A stretch of 64,000 nt of DNA from Clostridiales bacterium (lineage in GTDB: Bacteria > Bacillota > Clostridia > Saccharofermentanales > Saccharofermentanaceae), in assembly GCA_017513085.1 (NCBI GenBank), contig JAFWDK010000015.1, positions 64,001-128,000 on the forward strand. Reading direction: 5' to 3'. Numbering within the stretch: the stretch's first letter is position 1; each line of letters opens with the position of its first letter. Under the pieces are notes generated by a model, which saw nothing but the letters and a program-made list of their open reading frames with translations, was not told where the DNA came from and searched no databases. Of this stretch, positions 1 through 9,821 are shown in pieces. The position numbers and the translations under genes are program-made.

Positions 1-764
1 GAAGCAAGATAGGTGTTCTGAATGTCATCGATCCCGATAAAGCCCGGGTTATTCATCGCGTCGGAGAAACGGTAGCCGAAAGAGGCAGAAGGCGATACGC
101 AGACGTGGTCTTCCACGTCTTCACCGAGGCTTTTGCGGCTGACATTTTCGTAGCACTTCTTCCGGTCGCAGCAATCAAATCCGCAGCATTCGTTGCAGAG
201 AAATTCCACTTTCGCTTTCTTATCGGGAGCGAGTGCTTTTAGCAAAGAAAAGGCTTTATTCAATCGGAAATCCGGCACCACATAGCGGAATTCTTCACGG
301 GCCAGCTCGGCATCGAGATCCTGAAAAGCCGTCAGGACTTTCGTTGTGGAAGACACGAAATAGAAGCCCGGATAATTCGTTCGGATATAGTCCAGTAGAA
401 GCTCGGAATGGACGATGATACCGTTCTCTGCGCCGCCGTTTCTCTCGAACAGCGCGCAAAGATCGTTGCAACGCTTGTCGGCAAGATGTTCTTCCCGAAG
501 CAGTGAATTGCTGAATGTCAGGCGCGAAGAAATGCTGTATTCTTTCATGAGAGACGCGACATCGTGGGGATCCGCCTCGCCGAAACCGACACGGCCGCCG
601 CCCCAGAGACAGTCCGCCGGCGCGCCGTAGATCGAGCCGATCCCGCACCAGTCGTAGAAATACTCGCGGTGCTCCCGGAATAAAGGAAGGAAAACCTTGT
701 AGAGCTCATAGAACTCGAACAGGCCCGGCAGATGATAGCAAGCTGTCTTTTCTTTCTGATTCAC
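1..764 (-). CDS. Conserved clostridial Cys-rich protein, possibly U32-family-like (Fe-S binding); runs off the window edge
   Basis: Not in the ORF track. Translated by hand from GTG at 764 (RBS GAAGGGA): MNQKEKTACYHLPGLFEFY...WGGGR...RLTFSNSLL...EFLCNECCGFDCCDRKKCY...; open to position 1. Confidence 0.75.
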   Translation of the reverse strand, partial: MNQKEKTACYHLPGLFEFYELYKVFLPLFREHREYFYDWCGIGSIYGAPADCLWGGGRVGFGEADPHDVASLMKEYSISSRLTFSNSLLREEHLADKRCNDLCALFERNGGAENGIIVHSELLLDYIRTNYPGFYFVSSTTKVLTAFQDLDAELAREEFRYVVPDFRLNKAFSLLKALAPDKKAKVEFLCNECCGFDCCDRKKCYENVSRKSLGEDVEDHVCVSPSASFGYRFSDAMNNPGFIGIDDIQNTYLA

Positions 765-793
765 GATCCTGATTCCCTTCCGCACGGACGATG

Positions 794-1918
794 CTAAGCA
801 TCCTCACTGAAATCCGTATCCATTGCAATTTGGAGCGTGTGATCAGGGTATTCTTTGCTGACTTTTTCGCAGACCTCCTGATACACCGCGCGTCGGTCTT
901 TCGCATCAAAACTGATCACGATATCGAATCGGATCGACTTTTCAGCTTTATCAAGATAGAATCCGTGCATTTGCAAAACTCCGGAAACCTCGCCGACGAT
1001 CTTGGCAACTTTATTTCTGGCCTCCACTGCTTCAGGATCCCGGGTGTTATAGGAATACACGCCGATTGCAGTAAGGATCACATTATGTTCACTGAATACC
1101 TTGATCTGGATCTTCCGCAGCAGTTTATCAAGATTATCGGCAGAGAGAGTATCAGGAACTTCAATATGAACTGATCCGTTAAAAGAATCGGGTCCGTAAT
1201 TATGCAGGACAAGATCATAGACGCCATTTACTTCCGGAAAGCTTGCTACTGTTGCTTTAATGCTTCTGGCTAAATCAGCATCCACACGCTCGCCGAGGAT
1301 CTTCGACAATGTATCCCTTAGCATCTCTACACCTGCTTTGATGATCACTGCAGAAATGATAGCACCAAGCCATGCTTCCAAAGATAGGCCAAAGAGAAGG
1401 TATATGGCAGCAGCTGCAAGTGTTGAAGCGGAAATGACAGAATCCAGTACAGCATCGTCGCCCGAATTGATCAGCGAATCGGATTTCACTTTTTTCCCGA
1501 CACTCTTCACATATCTTCCAAGGACGATCTTGACCAGAACCGCCACGCCGACGATGATAAGAGAAACGGGAGCATATTCCGGCGTAACAGGGTGGATGAT
1601 CTTTTTGACTGATTCGATAAATGCCGTAATACCGGCATAAAGAACGATCACGGAAATGATCATGGCACTTAGATATTCGATTCTTCCATATCCGAACGGG
1701 TGCTTCTTATCCGGCTCCTTGCCGGCAAGCTTCGTACCAATGATCGTGATCACAGAACTCGCTGCATCTGAAATGTTATTTACAGCATCCATGATAATAG
1801 CGATAGAATTGGAAAGAATTCCTATTACTGCTTTAAAAGATGCAAGAAAAACATTGGCAACGATACCGATCCCACTTGTCCTGATGATGATCTTGTTCCG
1901 ATCATTTCGTTCGTTCAT
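794..1918 (-). CDS. Cation diffusion facilitator (CDF/FieF-like) transporter
   Basis: SIAIIMDAVNNISD, PDKKHPFGYGRIEY, TM helices, C-terminal dimerisation domain. Confidence 0.9.
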   Translation of the reverse strand: MNERNDRNKIIIRTSGIGIVANVFLASFKAVIGILSNSIAIIMDAVNNISDAASSVITIIGTKLAGKEPDKKHPFGYGRIEYLSAMIISVIVLYAGITAFIESVKKIIHPVTPEYAPVSLIIVGVAVLVKIVLGRYVKSVGKKVKSDSLINSGDDAVLDSVISASTLAAAAIYLLFGLSLEAWLGAIISAVIIKAGVEMLRDTLSKILGERVDADLARSIKATVASFPEVNGVYDLVLHNYGPDSFNGSVHIEVPDTLSADNLDKLLRKIQIKVFSEHNVILTAIGVYSYNTRDPEAVEARNKVAKIVGEVSGVLQMHGFYLDKAEKSIRFDIVISFDAKDRRAVYQEVCEKVSKEYPDHTLQIAMDTDFSEDA

Positions 1919-2052
1919 ACCCGTTCCTCCTAAACTCTCTGTTTCAACATATCAAATCTATTTCGTATGCCCATTACCGAAGTACATTAACAGGAAGTGA
2001 TGGTAAAAGCATACCACTTCAACAGATTTCAGACAATGAACGAGGAGCATCA

Positions 2053-3303
2053 TTACAGCCAGTTCAGACGATCATGGAATTCGATCTTTCTTTCACCTTT
2101 TTTCACTTCACCGATCTCGTAGCAATCGTAGGTCTTTCCGATATGATCCATGATTACTTTTTTATTTTTCTGCGAAGTGACCACAATAAAACCTACACCG
2201 CAATTAAACGTACGCAGCATCTCTTCATCCGTGATATTGCCATTATCGCGGATGAACTTGAAAAGGTTGAGGATGCGGATCTTTGACAGATCGATATCGG
2301 CACATAGTCCATCCGGAATGACACGGCACAGATTGCCTTCGATGCCGCCACCGGTGATATGCGCCATACCATGGATGATATCCTTCGGGAATAGTGCTTT
2401 TAGAGCGGGATAATAGGGTGTATGAGGCTTCATGATCTGCTCGATGAACGTCATGCCGTCAATCTTATCGAGCTTGATCTTCGGCATCTTATCCATAAGA
2501 AGACGCACCAAAGAATAACCGTTGGTGTGAAGTCCATTGGAAGCGATCGCCAGGACCGCGTCTCCCTCTTCGATCTTTGATCCGTCAATGACTTTCGACT
2601 TCTCCACAATGCCGGCGATACTGGATGTCAGCACGTAGACGCCCGCATCCACCACCAGCGGCTGGATGGAAGTTTCGCCGCCCACAAGGGAGCACTCGTT
2701 CTCCCGGCAGGCATCCGACACACCTTTGACCAGCGTCTTGATGGTATCCTTCTCCGCATTTCCGCAGACGATGGTATCGAGGACCGCCAGGGGTTTAGCG
2801 CCCATGACGACGATGTCATTGACCAGGTGGTTGATCATGTCATGGCAGATGGACTCCGTGTAGCCGTATTCCATAGCCAGTTTCTGTTTCGAACCGGGCT
2901 CTTCGGACTTCAGGACCAGTACCGGATCGGTTATTTCCGGGAACTTGATATCGTACAGTGAGGCAAAAGGACCCAGGCCGTTCAAGACGCGGCGGTCTTT
3001 CGTTTCCAGACTCTTTGCCATTTCTTTCTTGATCGTATCCGTATAAGTGATATCGATGCCGGCCTTGCTATATGAAAGTCCGTCGGCTTCTTTTTCACTT
3101 CCAGCAAGAAGCTCATCCACCGAAACTTCAAGGACCGTCGCCAGTTCTTTTAGACTCTCGATATTGGGATATGCGGTGCCGTTTTCCCACTTGGACACCG
3201 CCTGAAAAGACACCTTCAATTTATCCGCTAGCTGCTGTTGGGTAAGATTCAAACTCTTTCTTTTCTCTGCGATAAAACGACCGATCTTCGAACTGTCCAG
3301 CAT
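2053..3303 (-). CDS. purM: XRE-family HTH fused to a PurM (AIR synthetase)-like domain
   Basis: N-term LTQQQLADKLKVSFQAVSKWENG; then SYSKAGIDI, VNDIVVMGAKPL, GGET, SNGLHTNGYSLVR, AHITGGG, TFNCGVG. Start placed at the ATG after RBS GGAGGTG. Confidence 0.85.
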   Translation of the reverse strand: MLDSSKIGRFIAEKRKSLNLTQQQLADKLKVSFQAVSKWENGTAYPNIESLKELATVLEVSVDELLAGSEKEADGLSYSKAGIDITYTDTIKKEMAKSLETKDRRVLNGLGPFASLYDIKFPEITDPVLVLKSEEPGSKQKLAMEYGYTESICHDMINHLVNDIVVMGAKPLAVLDTIVCGNAEKDTIKTLVKGVSDACRENECSLVGGETSIQPLVVDAGVYVLTSSIAGIVEKSKVIDGSKIEEGDAVLAIASNGLHTNGYSLVRLLMDKMPKIKLDKIDGMTFIEQIMKPHTPYYPALKALFPKDIIHGMAHITGGGIEGNLCRVIPDGLCADIDLSKIRILNLFKFIRDNGNITDEEMLRTFNCGVGFIVVTSQKNKKVIMDHIGKTYDCYEIGEVKKGERKIEFHDRLNWL

Positions 3304-3388
3304 GACCCGGCACCTCCGTTTTTTCTTTATCATAGCCGCTTAGCCGGCGCGAAAACAATAACCTTCTACTTGAGTTTAACATGAAAAT

Positions 3389-3403
3389 TCAACTTGTGGT
3401 TGA
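3389..3403. promoter_or_regulatory. Palindrome TCAAC-N5-GTTGA, candidate XRE operator upstream of HTH-purM
   Basis: Perfect 5-bp arms in the divergent intergenic region. Confidence 0.4.
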
Positions 3404-3422
3404 GGAAAAATATTTAACTTTT

Positions 3423-3463
3423 TGTCGTATATACTTGACATTATGTCGCAGACGTTGTACTAT
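3423..3463 (+). promoter_or_regulatory. Sigma-A promoter with an overlapping TGTC-N10-GACA dyad
   Basis: TTGACA (3435-3440), 17 bp, TG-TACTAT (3458-3463). Confidence 0.7.
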
Positions 3464-3526
3464 TCATCTTGCAAGGCAGGGAGAAGCCCTGCCGGACAGA
3501 TGCGTTTTGCACGGAGGTGTAAACTT

Positions 3527-4480
3527 ATGAAAAAGAAAACATTAGCCTCGACGGTTTTGTCGATCATTATTGTGACAGTAGTCATTCTGGCAGCAGGCAT
3601 CAGATGCGCGCTTCGGCCGGAGAGCAAAGACTTTATTCAGTTTAGTAGCACGGTCACCGTCACAGACACCGGCATAGAACATGAACTCGAACCCATCCAC
3701 TTCGAGCCGATCGGCAAGAAGGTCACTTTTGATGTAGAGATCGATGGACCGGACGGAATAGATACCGAAGTCATCATCCACGTCGGATCACCGGATTCCG
3801 CATCTATCGTGAAAGAGAAGATAACCGGAACCGGGGATGGCAGTGCGAAGATCCATGTCACCGATGCTGAGGGCAAGGATCTGTATATGCAGTTCATTCC
3901 TGAAAACAGCGGTTCTCTCGCCCCCTCATCCTATAGTCTCCAATTCAAGCTGAAGGGCACTTCTGACGAACTGAAATTCCATAGCGGTCCCATGATGATT
4001 GCCGCCCTTCTCCTGGTCTTTGGGATCTATGTAATCGTGACAACCAACCGCAGCGAAAGCAAATACGATGAGCGTCAGCTGGCCGCTCGCGGAAAAGCTG
4101 CGATGAATGCACTGATCATTGTTATGATGTGCTGTTTTACATATGGCTGTCTGAGCATGTCCGTCGAGAACTTCCCGATCTCCATGTATGAGGTTGGCAT
4201 CGGATCAGTGATCGTAGGCTCGACCGCATTTGCCATCATGTGCGATGTCAATGATGCGTTCTTCGGTCTTTCCGAGAGACGCGCGAAGTTCATTGCCCTT
4301 TCTTGGGTCATGGGCATCCTGGCACTCTTTGGCGCCGGCATGACATTCCTCGGGCTCGGAAGATTTAACGAGATCACCGGCACAGGGCTCGTTGTAGGCA
4401 TCTGCTTCCTCCTTCTCGCCATCGAGCTCACGGTGAAGTCATCCATCGAGAAAAAGGAGGCCACTGATGAAGAATCTTAG
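3527..4480 (+). CDS. Membrane protein with an extracellular domain and a C-terminal YDERQ-type TM bundle, partner of the XRE regulator
   Basis: RBS GGAGGT before ATG 3527; KYDERQLAARGKA followed by TM helices; overlaps the XRE gene. Confidence 0.75.
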   Translation: MKKKTLASTVLSIIIVTVVILAAGIRCALRPESKDFIQFSSTVTVTDTGIEHELEPIHFEPIGKKVTFDVEIDGPDGIDTEVIIHVGSPDSASIVKEKITGTGDGSAKIHVTDAEGKDLYMQFIPENSGSLAPSSYSLQFKLKGTSDELKFHSGPMMIAALLLVFGIYVIVTTNRSESKYDERQLAARGKAAMNALIIVMMCCFTYGCLSMSVENFPISMYEVGIGSVIVGSTAFAIMCDVNDAFFGLSERRAKFIALSWVMGILALFGAGMTFLGLGRFNEITGTGLVVGICFLLLAIELTVKSSIEKKEATDEES

Positions 4481-4661
4481 GTTAAAAGCGGCACGCGCCG
4501 CCCTGGACATGTCCCAGCAGGATCTGGCCGACAAAGTCGGCGTCTCCCGACAGACGATCAACGCCATTGAAAAAGGCGACTATAATCCCACGATCAAGCT
4601 CTGCCTGGCGATATGCAGAGCCCTCGGCAAGACCCTGGACGAGCTGTTCTGGGAAGAATAA
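4467..4661 (+). CDS. Small XRE-family transcriptional regulator
   Basis: MSQQDLADKVGVSRQTINAIEKGDYNPT; RBS AAGGAGG. Confidence 0.92.
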   Translation: MKNLRLKAARAALDMSQQDLADKVGVSRQTINAIEKGDYNPTIKLCLAICRALGKTLDELFWEE

Positions 4662-4671
4662 GTTCAGTCAA

Positions 4672-4704
4672 AAGGGGTGCCTCCTGCTGTGAGAGACACC
4701 CCTT
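4672..4704. terminator. Intrinsic terminator between convergent genes
   Basis: AAGGGGTG...CACCCCTT stem. Confidence 0.65.
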
Positions 4705-4731
4705 GTATCATTTCTGAAATATACAAAAATC

Positions 4732-4890
4732 TTACGCTTTCCACACGCTCTTTTCGATCGCACACACATCATCGTGATACGGCCCTTCCCCGGTGAAAAG
4801 CACCTGGAACCTGCACTTTTCCAGCACGCGCCCCGACGCCTTGTTCTCCTGAAGGCGTACGCCGCGCACGTGTTTCAGATCCCTTTCAGC
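4732..4890 (-). pseudogene. 3' remnant of a RimJ/RimL-type GNAT
   Basis: ENKASGRVLEKCRF is the GNAT C-terminal motif; no N-terminal part, overlapped by the upstream kinase gene. Confidence 0.65.
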
Positions 4891-5651
4891 GCACCATATC
4901 CCTTCGACGGAAGGATCGTTGTCTTCTCTGGAAAAAGCACTTCGCAAATTCTCAGTTCCAGTTCCTGCCTGTGGGCAAAGTGCGCGATCAGGGCCTCCTC
5001 CCCCGAAACTCCTCTTGCCTTCGCGTAGGGTGAATTATCGAAGAACTGCATCATCAGCGGAAACCACATCTCCACACCGTTTTCATCCGACCGTTCTTTT
5101 CTGATCACCTGAAGATTCCCGAGAAGATCTTCCGCCTTGAGATAAAGGATCTGAAACTCTTTTCCCGAAAGAGCATCGCGGATTTTCTGATAGAAAGAAA
5201 GGATCTCTTCATCAGACAAATTCCGGAAGAGGATCATGTCCTCGACGATGTTCTGGAAAAGCGAGCACTCGAAGATGTTCCCGTCACTGTTCCACGCCGC
5301 AAAACGCCGGAGAATGATCGACTCGAATTCCTCAAAAGTCACCCGGTTATTGTAGATCTCATACTGCTCCAGATCCTGATAGAATGCCCGATCTTCGGAA
5401 CGGATCTTGGTATAGGTCACGATCCGCTTTGTCCCCTCAGAAAAAGTCTTCTCCTCGATCTCATTACGAAGAGACGGATACTTCTCGAGGATCGCCGAAT
5501 ACTTCTCCTCATCCAAATATGCACACCAAGCAAGTTCCACAGGCGAATACTCGCCTTCCCGGACCGCCTTGAGTTCCGGATGAAGCTCCTGAAGCTTACT
5601 TACCAAGGTGCTTTTGCCACTTCCCTGTAAACCTTCAACGAAATAATTCAT
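4875..5651 (-). CDS. P-loop nucleoside/nucleotide kinase-like protein
   Basis: N-terminal FVEGLQGSGKST. Confidence 0.75.
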   Translation of the reverse strand: MNYFVEGLQGSGKSTLVSKLQELHPELKAVREGEYSPVELAWCAYLDEEKYSAILEKYPSLRNEIEEKTFSEGTKRIVTYTKIRSEDRAFYQDLEQYEIYNNRVTFEEFESIILRRFAAWNSDGNIFECSLFQNIVEDMILFRNLSDEEILSFYQKIRDALSGKEFQILYLKAEDLLGNLQVIRKERSDENGVEMWFPLMMQFFDNSPYAKARGVSGEEALIAHFAHRQELELRICEVLFPEKTTILPSKGYGALKGI

Positions 5652-5673
5652 CAGCCTCTCCCTTCTTCGGAAA

Positions 5674-6126
5674 TCACTTCACGAACTTTCTGTACACCCG
5701 GCTGGTGTCGCCGTTCCAGTCAGTCATATCCTGCCAGTAGGTGTAGCCGTACTTCTCGTAAAGACCTTCTTCTCCTGTGGAGATGTAGATCACCTCATGC
5801 CCGTCTTCCTTCGCCAGCTCGTAGGCGCGATCCAGAAGAAGTCCCATGCGGCGCCCGCCGCGATATTCGGGGAAAGTATAGACAAACCCGACCCACGGCG
5901 TGAGTGTCGGATCTTCGATCTCGTCTCTTTCCGCATAGGTGCAGAATGCCGCGAGTTTCTCACCGTCGGTGAGAAGCAGAAGTTTCGACGTCTCCCCCAG
6001 AAGATTCTTGAATTTATTTTCCGAAAGTAATTCATATAGAAAAGCACCTGCCACCCAGTCGCTTTTCTTGATTTCTTCTTTCCAGTGTTCCTGGTTGTTC
6101 GAATCAAAATAGTTAATGATTTCCAT
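5674..6126 (-). CDS. GNAT N-acetyltransferase
   Basis: VYTFPEYRGGRRMG, LYEKYGY. Confidence 0.9.
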   Translation of the reverse strand: MEIINYFDSNNQEHWKEEIKKSDWVAGAFLYELLSENKFKNLLGETSKLLLLTDGEKLAAFCTYAERDEIEDPTLTPWVGFVYTFPEYRGGRRMGLLLDRAYELAKEDGHEVIYISTGEEGLYEKYGYTYWQDMTDWNGDTSRVYRKFVK

Positions 6127-6246
6127 GTATTCCTCTTTTGCCCAAAGTATCGGTTATAGATTCATCTTACAGCAGGAAAGAAATCTTCGCATTATACCCG
6201 AAATCTAATCCGGGCCGGATTCGACAAATAATCGCCACCAATCGGG

Positions 6247-7026
6247 TCAGTCGGTAATCAGCTCTACCATCTCTTTGATCTTATCGCCTACATCCTCCGT
6301 ACGATGTGCATCCGAAGACGTGATGATCGGCACATTATGCTTTTTCAGAATGCGGATCAGTTCCGGTTCCATTCCAAGGGAAGCGGTGTCCGGGCAGCGC
6401 CGGTAGGCGCCGCTGTTTTCATCAGCATACATGCCGTTTCGCGCCAAGGCTTCCGCTAGTTTCTCGTAATATTCCGTGAGCGGAAAAGACGCTTTATGCC
6501 CGAAAAGCTTGATGGTATCCGGATGACCGATCCCGTCGAAAAGCCCGCTGTCCGCAAGTTTCACGGAATCTTCGAAATACCTTCTGTAGGTGCTGTCCAC
6601 GTCGATCCCTTCCCACAGATCTGCATTATGATCGAAGGCAAAATCACCTACGAAGTGCATGCTTCCGAGAAGGAAATCCAATCCCTTATCCTTCGTCAGT
6701 TCGCGGATGAGATCTTCGTATTTTTCGAAGTAGCAGACCTCAAGTCCGAACTTGATCTTCACGGGATACTCCTGCTGCCGCACCTTATCCACCAGTTCCA
6801 GATACTCGCTAAAGTACTTCTTCCCGGCCTTTCGCTGAAACCAGTTGTCGACAAAATCACTTGCCGCGCGGGTAGAATCGTACATAGGAGCGAACTCCGG
6901 GAACATGTAGTTATGCTCCAGAAGCCGGATCTCTGAAAGCCCCATCTTCACCGCCTGATCCACAAACTCCTGGATCCAGGGAAGAGTATACGGACCCCTT
7001 TCGATATGGATGTGTCCGTCGATCAT
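6247..7026 (-). CDS. PHP-family (HisJ-like histidinol-phosphatase) hydrolase
   Basis: DGHIH, LEH, GSMH, GHPD, SSDAH. Confidence 0.85.
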   Translation of the reverse strand: MIDGHIHIERGPYTLPWIQEFVDQAVKMGLSEIRLLEHNYMFPEFAPMYDSTRAASDFVDNWFQRKAGKKYFSEYLELVDKVRQQEYPVKIKFGLEVCYFEKYEDLIRELTKDKGLDFLLGSMHFVGDFAFDHNADLWEGIDVDSTYRRYFEDSVKLADSGLFDGIGHPDTIKLFGHKASFPLTEYYEKLAEALARNGMYADENSGAYRRCPDTASLGMEPELIRILKKHNVPIITSSDAHRTEDVGDKIKEMVELITD

Positions 7027-8012
7027 GCTTTCCCCGACTCCTTCGCCGTCTCACCTGCCGCCGTTTTTTCCGCCTTCCGGATAGCTTCTGCCAGATTTCT
7101 TCCGTAGATCTCACAGCCCAGTGCATTCGGGTGCAGATTGTCGAGGAAATATTCCGGGAAATGCGGCACCATCTGCATTCCGTCGATTACAGTAACATTG
7201 TTATACTTTTCTGCGATAGCCTTCACTTTCCCGCAGAACTCGATCAGCTTCGGAAGTCCGTCCCAGGAATCACCACGCCAGAGCGGAGTGATGCAGAAGA
7301 TCGGGATCTCGTTTCCGTAGATGCTGATCAGGGTCTCGTAGTACTCCTCGACCGGGGTCATATCCTTCTCGCCGTACTGGTTCGTGCCAAGGGCCACGAT
7401 GATCTTATCCGGAGTATAACCGTTCATCTTCATGAGGGACTTCTTATCGTAGATATAGCCGCCGATGCCCTGGTTGATGATGTCGTAATTCAGGATCCGG
7501 TTGGCGACACTGACGTAGGTGCAGGACGAACGGAGCGGGCCGTATCCCTGAGTAATGGAGTCGCCCAGCCACAGGACTTTTTCGTTCTTCTTGGCAGGTG
7601 TCACTTCCGCATCGATGGTGAAGTTACGGATCAAGACCGTCGCATCCGCCGGCAGGTAAATGACGACGGACTTTTCGCCTTCCGGAAGTTCCCACTCGAA
7701 AGTGCCGACATCCATGATATCCTTGACCCGCGCGATATTCGTAACAAAACCATTCACCAGGAGTTCAAAGGAATCCGGAGATCCTTTCCAGATGGTCTTA
7801 TAGTCGAAAGAAAGCTTCGTCGCAGACGTGGTGAATTCCAGTGTTTTTGCCGTAGTAGCCGTGCATCTTTCGTACCACATGAAAAAAGCACCTTTAAAGT
7901 ACTCAATCTGATCCTTGGTGTACTGGAAGGCCTGGAGATACCCGTCCTCCGTCTCCTCGAATTCATATGCGCCGAAATAGATCTTCTTTAATTCTTCGTT
8001 CGTTAAAACCAT
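7023..8012 (-). CDS. SGNH/GDSL hydrolase
   Basis: WLGDSITQG, NQGIGG, LGTN, DNLHPN. Confidence 0.9.
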   Translation of the reverse strand: MVLTNEELKKIYFGAYEFEETEDGYLQAFQYTKDQIEYFKGAFFMWYERCTATTAKTLEFTTSATKLSFDYKTIWKGSPDSFELLVNGFVTNIARVKDIMDVGTFEWELPEGEKSVVIYLPADATVLIRNFTIDAEVTPAKKNEKVLWLGDSITQGYGPLRSSCTYVSVANRILNYDIINQGIGGYIYDKKSLMKMNGYTPDKIIVALGTNQYGEKDMTPVEEYYETLISIYGNEIPIFCITPLWRGDSWDGLPKLIEFCGKVKAIAEKYNNVTVIDGMQMVPHFPEYFLDNLHPNALGCEIYGRNLAEAIRKAEKTAAGETAKESGKA

Positions 8013-8158
8013 ATTTTTGTCTCCTTATCCTTCGAAGGCTGATGTATCTATTCTACTATTGTGCAGATCCTTTATCCGTCCTTCTTATGAATCAGCTTGA
8101 AAAGGACCCACCATTTTCTCCGTGGTAGATCATCTGCTCTGACATACCGCTCTCCATC

Positions 8159-9301
8159 TCATCCCACGATCCCGGCAAACTTTTCCATGATCTCCGATAT
8201 ACCGATACTCTGCGGGCAGACCTGCTCGCAGCTCTGGCAGTGCAGGCATGCGGAAGGTTTCTTCTCCTGCGGCATCGAGCTCACCGCCATCGGAGCAATG
8301 AAGTCGAATCCGCCGCCGGCAACCGTAACATTATGTTCGTTGTAGAGCGCGATCAATCTTGGGATATCCAGCTCCATCGGGCAATGACTCACGCAGTAAT
8401 GACATGCGGTACAAGGAACGGAACCTATACTGAGGATCTCGGAAGCTACCTTCAGAAGTCCTTCCATTTCACTTTCGGAAAGAGGCTTATCTTCCGAGAA
8501 AGTCTTGATGTTCGCACGAAGCTGCTCCGGATCCGACATGCCGGAAAGAACCATCGTCACCTCCGGGATCGACTGCAAGAAACGGAACGCCCACGCCGGG
8601 ATCTCTTCCTCCGGACGCAGTGCTCGTAACTCAGATTCAAACTTCTCCGGAAGCTTCGCTAGTTTTCCGCCACGTAGCGGCTCCATGACCCAGACCGGGA
8701 TGCCGTATTCTTTCAGCATCTCCACCTTCTCTTGACCATGCTGGAACGTCCAGTCCAGATAGTTCAGCTGCAGCTGGCAGAATTCCATATCTTTTCCATA
8801 GGCTTCAAGGAAGCGGCGGAGCACATCCGGCTCGCCATGACAGGAGAACCCGAGATGACGGATCTTGCCTTCGTTTCTTCTCTCGATCAGGTAATCGTAG
8901 ATGCCGTATTTCGGATCGAGATACGCATCAATATTCATCTCACACACGTTATGGAAAAGATAGAAATCAAAATAATCGTGACCGGTCTTCTCCAACTGTT
9001 TCGGGAAGATCTCCTTGACCTTCGGCATATTCGAGAGGTCATATCCCGGGAACTTATCCGCAAGATAATAACTGTCGCGCGGGTGCTTCCGGAGCGCCTC
9101 GCCAAGGACGATCTCTGAGTTGCCGTTATGGTATCCGAATGCTGTATCAAAGTAATTGATTCCTGCGTCAAACGCCTCATCCACCATCTTCTGTGTATGC
9201 TCCACATCGATCTGGCTGTCATTTCCGTCGATCACGGGAAGACGCATCGCGCCAAAGCCAAGAGCAGAAAGCTTAATGTCCTGAAAATCTCGATACAACA
9301 T
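8159..9301 (-). CDS. Aldo/keto reductase with C-terminal 4Fe-4S dicluster
   Basis: LGFGAMRLP, NYFDTA, MEPLRGG, CTACHYC, CLHCQSCEQVCPQ; RBS GAAGGAGG. Confidence 0.9.
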   Translation of the reverse strand: MLYRDFQDIKLSALGFGAMRLPVIDGNDSQIDVEHTQKMVDEAFDAGINYFDTAFGYHNGNSEIVLGEALRKHPRDSYYLADKFPGYDLSNMPKVKEIFPKQLEKTGHDYFDFYLFHNVCEMNIDAYLDPKYGIYDYLIERRNEGKIRHLGFSCHGEPDVLRRFLEAYGKDMEFCQLQLNYLDWTFQHGQEKVEMLKEYGIPVWVMEPLRGGKLAKLPEKFESELRALRPEEEIPAWAFRFLQSIPEVTMVLSGMSDPEQLRANIKTFSEDKPLSESEMEGLLKVASEILSIGSVPCTACHYCVSHCPMELDIPRLIALYNEHNVTVAGGGFDFIAPMAVSSMPQEKKPSACLHCQSCEQVCPQSIGISEIMEKFAGIVG

Positions 9302-9392
9302 AGGAAGACCCTCCTTCATTTGCGGTAATAATCTCACTTACGGAGTCGCGAAGACACGCATTCCGATGTATTCATTATATCACCGCATCAGA

Positions 9393-9809
9393 TCACGCCA
9401 GTGCTTTTGCCAGGAAATACTTCGTCAGCTTCGGGTTTTTATCCTCGCGGATGAACTCCACCCGGAACCCGAGTTTCTTATAGAATTCCGGCGCCTGAAA
9501 CCCGAAGGTCGTCAGCGTGATCTTCTCGTATCCCTTGCCGGAGAATGCCTCCTCCACAGCATGCACGAGCTTGCTTCCGAGTCCGCTTCTTCTTTGGTCT
9601 TCCGCGATGATCAGATCGCCGACATGCACCTCGTTATAGTAGGCTCTTCCAGTGATCACGCCAAGGATCTTCCCATCCTCACCTTCTGCGACAAAACAGT
9701 AATCCTCGTAGTTCACATCCACGCCGTTTTGCAGTGAATAATTCGCGAATCCATCTCCGATAAACTCACCGATCTTCTCGTTCTCTTCTTCTACTCTTCT
9801 GATCTGCAT
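9393..9809 (-). CDS. GNAT N-acetyltransferase
   Basis: QRRSGLGSKL, TFGFQAPEFYKKLGF. Confidence 0.9.
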   Translation of the reverse strand: MQIRRVEEENEKIGEFIGDGFANYSLQNGVDVNYEDYCFVAEGEDGKILGVITGRAYYNEVHVGDLIIAEDQRRSGLGSKLVHAVEEAFSGKGYEKITLTTFGFQAPEFYKKLGFRVEFIREDKNPKLTKYFLAKALA

Positions 9810-9821
9810 TTTTCTCTCTCC

